Assembly (NCBI GenBank): GCA_017615495.1
Contig: JAGAAA010000077.1
Span: 1 to 44,131 of the forward strand
Direction: 5' to 3'
DNA length: 44,131 bases
Origin: Clostridia bacterium
GTDB lineage: Bacteria > Bacillota > Clostridia > Christensenellales > CAG-1252
The notes under the pieces are model-generated. The model worked only from the letters and a program-made list of their open reading frames with translations. It searched no databases and was not told the DNA's origin. Every line of letters starts with the position of its first letter. Position 1 is the stretch's first letter. Positions 18,848-26,688 of the stretch are shown here, piece after piece. The position numbers were made by a program, and so were the translations under genes.

Positions 18848-19771
18848 TTAACGCAAGAATCCGTTGATGATCTGTTCTTCCGCTTCCTGCTCGGTAAGCC
18901 CGAGGGTCATCAGCTTGACAAGTTGCTCCCCCGCGATCTTTCCGATCGCCGCTTCGTGCAAGAGCGATGCGTCCACGTGGTTTGCCTGCAAGCCGGGCAC
19001 TGCGAGGATCTTGCCGTTGTTCATAATGATGGAATCGCATTCCGTATGGCCGTAGCAAGGCGCGTTGCCCACGATCTTGGCGTCGAATTTTTGGAAGGAA
19101 TCATCCCTTGCGACGGAACGGGAAACCACGTCCGCGCTGGAGCCTTCCCCATCGAGGACGACTTCGTAAGCGCTGACGGCGTTTTGATTGTCGTGCGTCA
19201 TCAAACGTTCCCGCACGACGAGCTTTGCGTTCTCTTTTAGTTTGGCAATGGTTTTGCGCTCGGTATCGTCCACGCCTTTGATCTGCACCATTTCCATCGT
19301 CATTTCGGCGCCTTCATCAAGATACGCCTCGGTGACGGGGTTCAAGATGCGCTTTCCGACACCGTTTCCGGAGCCGTAGTGCTTTTCAACGTAACGGACC
19401 TTTGCCCCTTTTTTCAAAAAGAAGCGGTGCACGCCGTCGTGCTGTGAATCCCCTGCGCCGCAGTTGTCGATGCCGCAGCCTGCCACGATCAAAACGTCCG
19501 CGTCCTCGCCGACGTAAAAATCGTTGTAGACCACTTCTTTCAAACCGCTCTTCGTCAAAACGACGGGGATATGAACGCTTTCGTTTTTGGTGCCCGGCTT
19601 GATCTCGATATCAATACCGCTGACGTCCTTTTTGGAAGTGATAACGATATGATCGGTGGAACGGCGCCCGATCGCCTGAGAATCGGAACGAATGTTGTAC
19701 GCGCCCTCCGGCACGTCGTGCAATTCCGCAACTTCTTCCAGCAAGCGGAGCTGTATTTCGTCAAACTTCAT
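18848..19771 (-). CDS. SufB/SufD-family Fe-S cluster assembly scaffold protein (short form)
   Basis: 307-aa beta-helix-like protein immediately after SufC with a 4-nt overlap. The C-terminal LTEQEAEEQIINGFL is typical of SufB/SufD ends. Confidence 0.65.
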   Translation of the reverse strand: MKFDEIQLRLLEEVAELHDVPEGAYNIRSDSQAIGRRSTDHIVITSKKDVSGIDIEIKPGTKNESVHIPVVLTKSGLKEVVYNDFYVGEDADVLIVAGCGIDNCGAGDSQHDGVHRFFLKKGAKVRYVEKHYGSGNGVGKRILNPVTEAYLDEGAEMTMEMVQIKGVDDTERKTIAKLKENAKLVVRERLMTHDNQNAVSAYEVVLDGEGSSADVVSRSVARDDSFQKFDAKIVGNAPCYGHTECDSIIMNNGKILAVPGLQANHVDASLLHEAAIGKIAGEQLVKLMTLGLTEQEAEEQIINGFLR

Positions 19772-20514
19772 ACTTCTTCCTCCCCTGCTGTGCCCGTGCA
19801 GAAATTCAAAACGCTAGCGGAGCCCAAAAGGGTGGGCAAGATCTCCTCTTTGGAGCCCTTGCGGTCCACCTTACCGCCACCGATGACGACGATCTCGTCC
19901 GCGATGTTCAAAATGCGCTCTTGGTGCGAAATGATGATGATGGAACGGTCCTGAACGTCGCGACGCATCCCTTCGAAAACCTTGATCAAATTGTTGAAGC
20001 TCCAAAGGTCGATACCCGCTTCCGGCTCGTCAAAAATGGAAAGCGACGTCGCGCGGGATAAGATCTGCGCGATCTCGATGCGCTTAAGTTCCCCACCGGA
20101 CAAACTGGAATTCAGCTCGCGATCGATGTAATCGCGGGCGCAAAGACCGACGGCGGAAAGATACTTGCAGGCGTCACCGACGGCAAGCTTTTTGCCGCTT
20201 GCGATACGAAGAAGATCCAAAACCTTCAAACCTTTGAATTTGACGGGCTGTTGAAACGCAAAAGAGATGCCCTTCTTCGCGCGGTCGGTCACCGAAAGAT
20301 CGGTAATATCCTCCCCGTTGAAAAGGATCTTGCCGGACGTGGGCTTCTCAATGCCCATGATCAACTTGGCAAGCGTGGATTTGCCGCCTCCGTTGGGACC
20401 GGTGATCACGACGAGCTTGCCGTCTTCGATCTTCAAAGAGACGTCCTTGACGATCTCTTTATCCTTGCCCTTTTCCTCCGGAACGGCGAATGAAACGTTT
20501 TTCAGTTCTAACAT
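19768..20514 (-). CDS. sufC: Fe-S cluster assembly ATPase SufC
   Basis: Walker A GPNGGGKST, signature LSGGELKRIEI, Walker B IFDEPEAGID, ISHQERI. Confidence 0.85.
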   Translation of the reverse strand: MLELKNVSFAVPEEKGKDKEIVKDVSLKIEDGKLVVITGPNGGGKSTLAKLIMGIEKPTSGKILFNGEDITDLSVTDRAKKGISFAFQQPVKFKGLKVLDLLRIASGKKLAVGDACKYLSAVGLCARDYIDRELNSSLSGGELKRIEIAQILSRATSLSIFDEPEAGIDLWSFNNLIKVFEGMRRDVQDRSIIIISHQERILNIADEIVVIGGGKVDRKGSKEEILPTLLGSASVLNFCTGTAGEEEV

Positions 20515-20634
20515 ATTTCCCCTCAGGATAAATATTCTTTGATAATTATAATACTTTTTTTTAATTATGTCTTGCGTTTTTGCCGTTATTGATGATTTTT
20601 GACGAAATTATTTTCAAAAAATGCGTTTTACGTT

Positions 20635-20659
20635 AAAAAAAGGGGCTCAAGCGAGCCCC
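20635..20659 (-). terminator. rho-independent terminator ending the long glycan-locus transcript (after the phosphohexomutase gene)
   Basis: Stem GGGGCTC (20642-20648) / GAGCCCC (20653-20659), 4-nt loop. The A7 run at 20635-20641 gives the T-tract on the minus strand. Confidence 0.8.
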
Positions 20660-20672
20660 CTCTTTTGCGTTT

Positions 20673-22292
20673 TTACTTTTGGATCTGGCACCTGTAGATC
20701 TTGAGTTTGGGTTCCGTACCGGAAGGACGCACCACCATCGTGCCGCCGTCTTCGAAGGTAAATTTCAAAACGTTGGACTTGGGCAACCCGTCGATGCCGA
20801 GCGAATAGTCCTTTTTGGTGACGACTTTTTTGCCTTCGACTTCGGTCGCTTTTCTGTAGTCGTCCATGATGTTTTTCATCTTCACGAAGCCTTCCTGCCC
20901 TTCGAACGCAAAGCTTTCAAGGGTGGAGACGTAATGCCCGAATTTGTCGTATATTTCTTGCAATTTGTCCAAAAGGGAGATGCCCTTTGCGCGGTAATAG
21001 GCAAACATTTCGGCGATCATAAACACGCCGTCCACGGCGTCCTTATCACGCACGTACGAACCGGTCAAATAACCGTAGCTCTCCTCAAAACCGAGAATGT
21101 AGGAATCCGCCGCGTTCTTCTTTTCCAACAGACCGATCTGCTCGCCGATGTACTTAAACCCGGTCAAAACGTTGACGGTGCGGATGCCGTAACTTTGAGC
21201 GATCTTTTCCGCAAGGTCGCTGGTGACGATGGTCTTAACGAAGACGGGATCTTTGGGCATAATGCCGTTTTTAATGCGCATCGACGCGATAAAATCCAAA
21301 AGAAGGAAGCCCGTTTCGTTGCCCGTCAAGAGGGTGAAGTCGCCCTGCTTGTTTTTGACGGCGATGCCCACCCTGTCGCAATCGGGGTCGGTGGCGATCA
21401 AGATATCTGCGTTGTTCTCCTTTGCGTAACGCAAGCCGAGTTCCAACGCTTCCCTGATCTCGGGGTTGGGGTACGGGCAAGTCGGGAAATGACCGTCGGG
21501 GAATTCCTGCTCCTTGACGATCTTGACGTTTTTAAAGCCCGTTTCCTTAAGGATTCTCGTCACGGGGACGAGGCCCGTGCCGTTGAGCGGCGTATAGATG
21601 ATGCTTGCGCTTCTATCCGCCTTTTCCCCGCCGAGGACGGATTCCTTTTTGACCCTTTCGATGAACTCGGTCAAAATTTCGTCCTTGATGTACTCAATGG
21701 CGCCGGATTGAAGGGCTTTGTCGAAGTCAACGATCTTAACGTCGTCAAAAACGTCGGTCTTTTCAATGAGCGCGAGGGTCTCGTTTGCCGCGTCTTCAGT
21801 GATCTGGCAACCGTCCGAGCCGTACACCTTGTAACCGTTGTATTTTGCGGGGTTGTGCGACGCCGTCACCATAACGCCCGCCGCGGCGCCCAAACGACGC
21901 ACGGCAAAGGACAAACACGGCGTGGGCATCAAGGTCTTGTACAAATAAACTTTAATGCCGTTTGCCGCAAAGATCGCCGCCGCTCTCTTGGCGAAGACGT
22001 CGGAATTGATCCTCGAATCGTAGCTGATGGCAACGACGCGCGCTTTGGGCTCAAAGTGCTTTACCACGTAATCGGCAAGACCTTGCGTAGCCTTGCCCAC
22101 GGTGTAAACGTTCATTCTGTTGGTGCCCGCGCCAAGCACACCGCGTAAGCCGCCCGTGCCGAACTCCAAATCGCGGTAGAAGGCGTCCGAAACCTTGTTT
22201 TGGTCGCTTTCAATGGCTAAGAGTTCATCCAAGAGCTCTTTTTCTTTTACGTTGCTTTTCCAAGTTTCAAATAATACTTTTACGTCTCTCAT
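20673..22292 (-). CDS. alpha-D-phosphohexomutase (phosphoglucomutase/phosphomannomutase, PgcA-like)
   Basis: Active-site phosphoserine loop TASHNPAKYNGYK, metal loop ATDPDCDR, phosphate-binding RPSGTEPKLKIY near the C-terminus. 539 aa. Confidence 0.9.
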   Translation of the reverse strand: MRDVKVLFETWKSNVKEKELLDELLAIESDQNKVSDAFYRDLEFGTGGLRGVLGAGTNRMNVYTVGKATQGLADYVVKHFEPKARVVAISYDSRINSDVFAKRAAAIFAANGIKVYLYKTLMPTPCLSFAVRRLGAAAGVMVTASHNPAKYNGYKVYGSDGCQITEDAANETLALIEKTDVFDDVKIVDFDKALQSGAIEYIKDEILTEFIERVKKESVLGGEKADRSASIIYTPLNGTGLVPVTRILKETGFKNVKIVKEQEFPDGHFPTCPYPNPEIREALELGLRYAKENNADILIATDPDCDRVGIAVKNKQGDFTLLTGNETGFLLLDFIASMRIKNGIMPKDPVFVKTIVTSDLAEKIAQSYGIRTVNVLTGFKYIGEQIGLLEKKNAADSYILGFEESYGYLTGSYVRDKDAVDGVFMIAEMFAYYRAKGISLLDKLQEIYDKFGHYVSTLESFAFEGQEGFVKMKNIMDDYRKATEVEGKKVVTKKDYSLGIDGLPKSNVLKFTFEDGGTMVVRPSGTEPKLKIYRCQIQK

Positions 22293-22309
22293 ATCCTGTT
22301 CCTCTTTTT

Positions 22310-24220
22310 TTATTTTTTGATCAATTCAAAGCTATCCTTGCCTATAACGAGCTTAAACACCGGCATCTTATAAACCGAGAAGGTTGCCGGGATGACCGCC
22401 GTCACGTAGTTGTCAAAGCCCTTAACGGCGCAGAACACGGCGTTTTTGTCGCCGAGCCTATCTTCGTCGTACGCCTTGGCGGAAACCGCGTTTGCGGCGG
22501 GCACGTACTCGACTTTGTTCTTTTTGGCGTACTTTTTGTCGTACACGAAACCGATCTTATCCGAAATAAGCTTGATCTTGTAATCGCCGTCCGCTACGCC
22601 GAGGTCGTCGTAAACCAAGCTGTTGCCAGCCAATTTCACCGTCGTCTTGCCGTTTTTGGTCGTGACCACGCAATCTGCGGTGTTGTCGGAGACCTTCTCG
22701 CGGGAATTCAAGCGCAAGCCGTCTTTGCCGTGGAATGTGATCTCGGAGAAAGGCACGTACAGATCCATTTCATCGCCTGCGGCAGGGATCACTTTGGAAA
22801 GTGACTTAGCGCCCTGTTCTTCCATCTTCTTTTCAAAGTAAGACGTCTTGATGCGGAAAACGAAGTACCCGTCCTTGGCGTCGCTGTTTACGTAGAAAGC
22901 GATGCAATCGTTGCCCTGCACGGTAAAGTCCACCTTGGCTTTGATGTGGATGCTGTCGGGCGCGGGCTCCAAACGAACTTCCGTCGCGGGAACGCGTATC
23001 TCGGAAAGATCGCGGAGCGTGAAGTCAAAGAACTTTTGACGGATCGACTCGGGAAGCGCGGCGCGGGTGCCGTTAAGCACGAGGTCGTCCCCTTCCACCG
23101 AGCACGGTACGCGATTTACGTCGGGCACGCCCATAATGGACTGCTTGGTCTCGGCGTCAAAGAGGTGCGCCTTGTCCATATCGAAGGAGAGGAAGAGCTC
23201 CTTGCCTTCGACGATGTCGTAATCGGTGGGGATCTTCACGATAACGTTGGAATCAAGCCCCGCAACTTCGGCGTAAATGATGGTTTCGCTGCCGAGGTGC
23301 TCCACGACGTCCACCTTTGCTTTGATGCCGGAAGACGCGAGTTTGATGTTTTCCGGGCGGACACCGAAAAGCACGCGCTCACCGATGTACTGCCTGTCGG
23401 AAAGTTGTTTTGCCTTGGTTTCGGGGAAAGACGCGGTATGCCCTTCGCCAAAAGCGATGCCAAGCCCCTTATCTTCCACCAAATTCGCCTCGAAAATGTT
23501 CATTTGCGGCGAACCCAAGAAGGTTGCGACGAACACGTTTCTGGGCTGCTCGTAAAGCGTCGCGGGGGAATCCACCTGCTGGATGAACCCGTCCTTCATA
23601 ACGACGATGCGGTCGCCCATAGTCATTGCCTCGGTTTGGTCGTGCGTAACGTAAATAAAGGTGGTGGCAAGACGCTTATGTAACTTGGTGATCTCCGCCC
23701 TCATCTGCACGCGGAGTTTGGCGTCGAGGTTGGAAAGCGGCTCGTCCAAAAGGAATACGTTGGGCTCACGCACGATGGCGCGGCCAAGCGCCACTCTCTG
23801 CCTTTGACCGCCGGAAAGCGCCTTGGGCTTTCTTGCGAGAAGGTCGGTAATGCCAAGGATCGCCGCCGCGTTTTTGACCCTCTTTTCGATCTCTTTGGCG
23901 TTGACTTTGCGCAGTTTCAAACCGAAAGCCATGTTTTGGAAAACCGTCATATGAGGATAGAGCGCGTAGTTTTGGAACACCATCGCGATGTTTCTATCCT
24001 TGGGCTCGACGTCGTTCATTTTGGAACCGCCGATGAAGAGACTACCCGAAGTGATCTCCTCCAATCCCGCGATCATCCTGAGCGTCGTACTTTTGCCGCA
24101 ACCGGACGGGCCGACGAAAACCACGAATTCTTTGTCCGCGATCTTGAGGTTGAAATCCGAAACGGCGCGCACGCCGCCTTCATAAACCTTGTAGATGTTT
24201 TCGAGCAATAAATCAGCCAT
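22310..24220 (-). CDS. sugar ABC transporter ATPase, MalK/MsmK/UgpC type, with a 272-aa C-terminal extension
   Basis: Walker A GPSGCGKST, Q-loop, LSGGQRQRV, FLLDEPLSNLD, VTHDQ. A canonical MalK regulatory domain ends about aa 364 (FDMDKAHLFDAETKQSI). aa 365-636 are extra and show internal similarity to that domain. Confidence 0.85.
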   Translation of the reverse strand: MADLLLENIYKVYEGGVRAVSDFNLKIADKEFVVFVGPSGCGKSTTLRMIAGLEEITSGSLFIGGSKMNDVEPKDRNIAMVFQNYALYPHMTVFQNMAFGLKLRKVNAKEIEKRVKNAAAILGITDLLARKPKALSGGQRQRVALGRAIVREPNVFLLDEPLSNLDAKLRVQMRAEITKLHKRLATTFIYVTHDQTEAMTMGDRIVVMKDGFIQQVDSPATLYEQPRNVFVATFLGSPQMNIFEANLVEDKGLGIAFGEGHTASFPETKAKQLSDRQYIGERVLFGVRPENIKLASSGIKAKVDVVEHLGSETIIYAEVAGLDSNVIVKIPTDYDIVEGKELFLSFDMDKAHLFDAETKQSIMGVPDVNRVPCSVEGDDLVLNGTRAALPESIRQKFFDFTLRDLSEIRVPATEVRLEPAPDSIHIKAKVDFTVQGNDCIAFYVNSDAKDGYFVFRIKTSYFEKKMEEQGAKSLSKVIPAAGDEMDLYVPFSEITFHGKDGLRLNSREKVSDNTADCVVTTKNGKTTVKLAGNSLVYDDLGVADGDYKIKLISDKIGFVYDKKYAKKNKVEYVPAANAVSAKAYDEDRLGDKNAVFCAVKGFDNYVTAVIPATFSVYKMPVFKLVIGKDSFELIKK

Positions 24221-25079
24221 TATCCTTCTCCTTTTCGTTTATCGGCTCTGTTTGAGCCGCCAAACCTTTATTTATATAGTCGGTGTAATACACCGAATTT
24301 ATATACTTATCAAACAGCGAGTGACTGAATAAGGTCACCGCAAGCACCGTAAGGCCATCCCCCCACAAGGCAAACACCGCCGCCACGCCAAGGAGCGCCC
24401 AAGTGGAAAGCAGCGTTAAGCCGAAAGGCAACCCCATCGTGACCGCAAAGTATAAAAGGGTCAGCGGGAAGTGCATCACGGCAAAGGAAAACCCGTTTTT
24501 CAAGGCTCCTCCAAACTTCAATCGGTAGAAGTTGTCCACCGAGAGGAAGTATTCCACCGCGCCGTACGCAAGCATAAAGAGGAGCGTCGTGGCGCCGATG
24601 CCAAGCCCCTTGATCCAGGTATTGGCGTTGTAGGCAATCACAAACACGGACGCCGTCTGCCACGCGAAGACCGCAAGCCCCAAGACGCACCCGGCGAGGA
24701 AGCCGCGAAGCGCCCCCTTCTTCAAGAACCCGAAGAAGAGTTCCTTGATATAGCCCGCTTCGTTGTGCGCCCTCTTTTTCATCACGCCGAACGCCGCGTA
24801 ACGCGCAAGGTACCTTAAGCCCCAAAAGGGTATTTCGATGAGCCCGCAATAGAAGCAGATCGAAAACACGGTGGAGGCATCCTTGTTTGCCGCGCCGCCG
24901 ATCATCAGTATTTCACCGATAAAGGCGCCCGCGAGAGGAAGGGAGAAAAGGAACATCAGCAAGCTAAGTTCGGCAAGAAGATAAAAGTCGTCTTTGACAA
25001 TGGTCTTAAAGAGTTCTTTTCTCGTCTTGGGAAGCGCTGCGTCGCTTTCCTTTACTTTGAGTCCCTTATACTTAAACAT
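24213..25079 (-). CDS. polytopic membrane protein, DUF624/YesL-like
   Basis: 288 aa with about 6-7 hydrophobic helices. The loop KKRAHNEAGYIKELFFGFLKKGALRGF resembles the conserved YesL-family loop. 8-nt overlap with the ATPase start. Confidence 0.45.
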   Translation of the reverse strand: MFKYKGLKVKESDAALPKTRKELFKTIVKDDFYLLAELSLLMFLFSLPLAGAFIGEILMIGGAANKDASTVFSICFYCGLIEIPFWGLRYLARYAAFGVMKKRAHNEAGYIKELFFGFLKKGALRGFLAGCVLGLAVFAWQTASVFVIAYNANTWIKGLGIGATTLLFMLAYGAVEYFLSVDNFYRLKFGGALKNGFSFAVMHFPLTLLYFAVTMGLPFGLTLLSTWALLGVAAVFALWGDGLTVLAVTLFSHSLFDKYINSVYYTDYINKGLAAQTEPINEKEKDNG

Positions 25080-25080
25080 A

Positions 25081-25626
25081 TTACCCCAACAACCATTCTA
25101 TCAGCTTGAAGGAATGGTCCGTCGCCTGCCCCGAATTCAAGGATGAAGCCACCGCGAAAACCACGTAGTTTTCATACTCGAATTTGAAGTAAGCGCTCAA
25201 TTCTTCTTTGCGTTCCTTTGATAGGTACGCGCCGTATTGCACGCCTTCCTGCACGAAGGGCTCGCCCATCCCCGAAAGCTCGGCAAAGGCGCGTTTGCAA
25301 TCGGTATCCTTTGCGATCTCCTTGGGCACGATCACCACGTCGGAAGCGGTCAAAGCGACGACGGAGTACTTTTCATCAAAGGCGTTGCCCCACCAAGGGT
25401 ACGCCACCGACAAAGTGACTTTTTTCACCCCGTCCACCGCTTTTGCAGCCACGTCCTCGAAGCTGTGATCTTTGACTTCTCCCGCGAAAAAGACTTCCAG
25501 TTTTTCCGTCTCTTTCGGCGCGTGGTACAAGCCGAACACCCAAACCCACAACACCACCGATACGATGACGATGATAAGGTATTTTACCCAATCGGAGGGC
25601 AAGGAATCAAGAAAACGCTTTTTCAT
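25081..25626 (-). CDS. hypothetical membrane-anchored protein (one N-terminal TM helix)
   Basis: 181 aa. N-terminal anchor YLIIVIVSVVLWVWVFGLY, then a soluble domain with no motif I recognise. Tightly packed in the operon. Confidence 0.5.
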   Translation of the reverse strand: MKKRFLDSLPSDWVKYLIIVIVSVVLWVWVFGLYHAPKETEKLEVFFAGEVKDHSFEDVAAKAVDGVKKVTLSVAYPWWGNAFDEKYSVVALTASDVVIVPKEIAKDTDCKRAFAELSGMGEPFVQEGVQYGAYLSKERKEELSAYFKFEYENYVVFAVASSLNSGQATDHSFKLIEWLLG

Positions 25627-26089
25627 TGCATTCTCCTATCTCCACAAGCACTCCGGCGTGGATCTCCAACAAATATTTCGTCCCGCTTTGCAAGGAAAGC
25701 TCTCCTTGCAACAAATGGACTACTCGCTCGCTGCCCAGCACTTCAAAGCGCAACGTGCGCATTTCAACGCCTTCGTAGGTAAGCGGATCGTCTTCCCCGA
25801 GGAAAACGCCGTATTCCTTTTCCGGCAGAGCGCCAAGCACCTTTTCAAGCAAGCGATATCTCTTTAAGGCGCAATCGAATTGCACCGAAAAGAAAAACAC
25901 CGAATAAAAGCCGAATGCGATCGTGATGAAGATCGTCCCGATCATATAAGGCCTATAGTCGTCGGGCGAAAGGAACAAGAGAAGGAGCGCGGCGGCCACA
26001 AACAAGCACGCGATCGCAATATAAACGGCGAGCAGCCTGTTCTTTGCCTTCTCCGCCTTGTCTCTTTCCTCTTCCCTAACGAGGATCAT
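25607..26089 (-). CDS. hypothetical membrane protein (two TM helices plus a C-terminal soluble domain)
   Basis: 160 aa. Helices LLAVYIAIACLFVAAALLLLFL and MIGTIFITIAFGFYSVFFF. ATGA-type overlap with the upstream esterase gene and a 20-nt overlap with the downstream gene. Confidence 0.5.
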   Translation of the reverse strand: MILVREEERDKAEKAKNRLLAVYIAIACLFVAAALLLLFLSPDDYRPYMIGTIFITIAFGFYSVFFFSVQFDCALKRYRLLEKVLGALPEKEYGVFLGEDDPLTYEGVEMRTLRFEVLGSERVVHLLQGELSLQSGTKYLLEIHAGVLVEIGECNEKAFS

Positions 26090-26688
26090 AACGCGTCCAG
26101 GACGCCTTTCACTCTCGCGCCGAGGATCTTGTAGCCCTCGGGGCCGAAGTGCAGCTTATCGTCAAGGTAATGCGAGAAGATGTACTCCCCGTTTTTGTCC
26201 TTGCAGATATCAGCCGTTTCGATGTAGGTCAGGTACGGAAGTTTTTCCGCCTGCGCCTTTTGCCAAGCATTAAGTTCGCGGACAAAATCTTTGTATTCAT
26301 CCCTCGCAAAACTCGTTTTGGTGGCGATGGTGACGATCTTCACGCCGGGGAAATCCGCCAAAAACTTGTTCCAAGTTGCGAGGAACAGCTCTTTGGTCTC
26401 TTCCACGGTATAGGAGCACACCGGCTCGTTGTCGCCGTAGTACCACAAAACCACCTTGGGCGCAAAGGGCTTGGCGACCCTTTCATAGTGGAACAACGCT
26501 TCGTCCGAGGTGGAACCGCCGAAGCCCGCGTTGATGGCTTTATACGCTTTGAATTCCTCTTCGATACTCTTCCAAATACCGAAGGTACTGCTGCCGTAAA
26601 ACAGCACGTCGCAATCTTTGCCCTGCTTTGCGATGATGGCTTGAAGCTCGGGCTCGTAGCGATACATGTCAACCTTATGCTCAATCAT
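26086..26688 (-). CDS. SGNH/GDSL-family hydrolase, cytoplasmic (probable carbohydrate acetylesterase)
   Basis: SGNH blocks: I FYGSSTF, II GFGGST, III YGDNE, V DDKLHFGPEGY (DxxH). No signal peptide. Confidence 0.75.
   Translation of the reverse strand: MIEHKVDMYRYEPELQAIIAKQGKDCDVLFYGSSTFGIWKSIEEEFKAYKAINAGFGGSTSDEALFHYERVAKPFAPKVVLWYYGDNEPVCSYTVEETKELFLATWNKFLADFPGVKIVTIATKTSFARDEYKDFVRELNAWQKAQAEKLPYLTYIETADICKDKNGEYIFSHYLDDKLHFGPEGYKILGARVKGVLDAL

Noticed and set aside
20679-22148. 489-aa plus-strand ORF
   Set aside because: It is antisense to the phosphohexomutase gene, which carries the TASHNPAKYNGYK active site, and it is codon-aligned with that gene.
25081-26089. Two small overlapping ORFs (160 and 181 aa) considered as a toxin-antitoxin pair
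   Set aside because: - Both have hydrophobic membrane segments.
- They sit in the middle of a long catabolic operon with no promoter of their own.
- Neither shows a TA-family motif (no HTH, PIN, RelE-like or similar motif).
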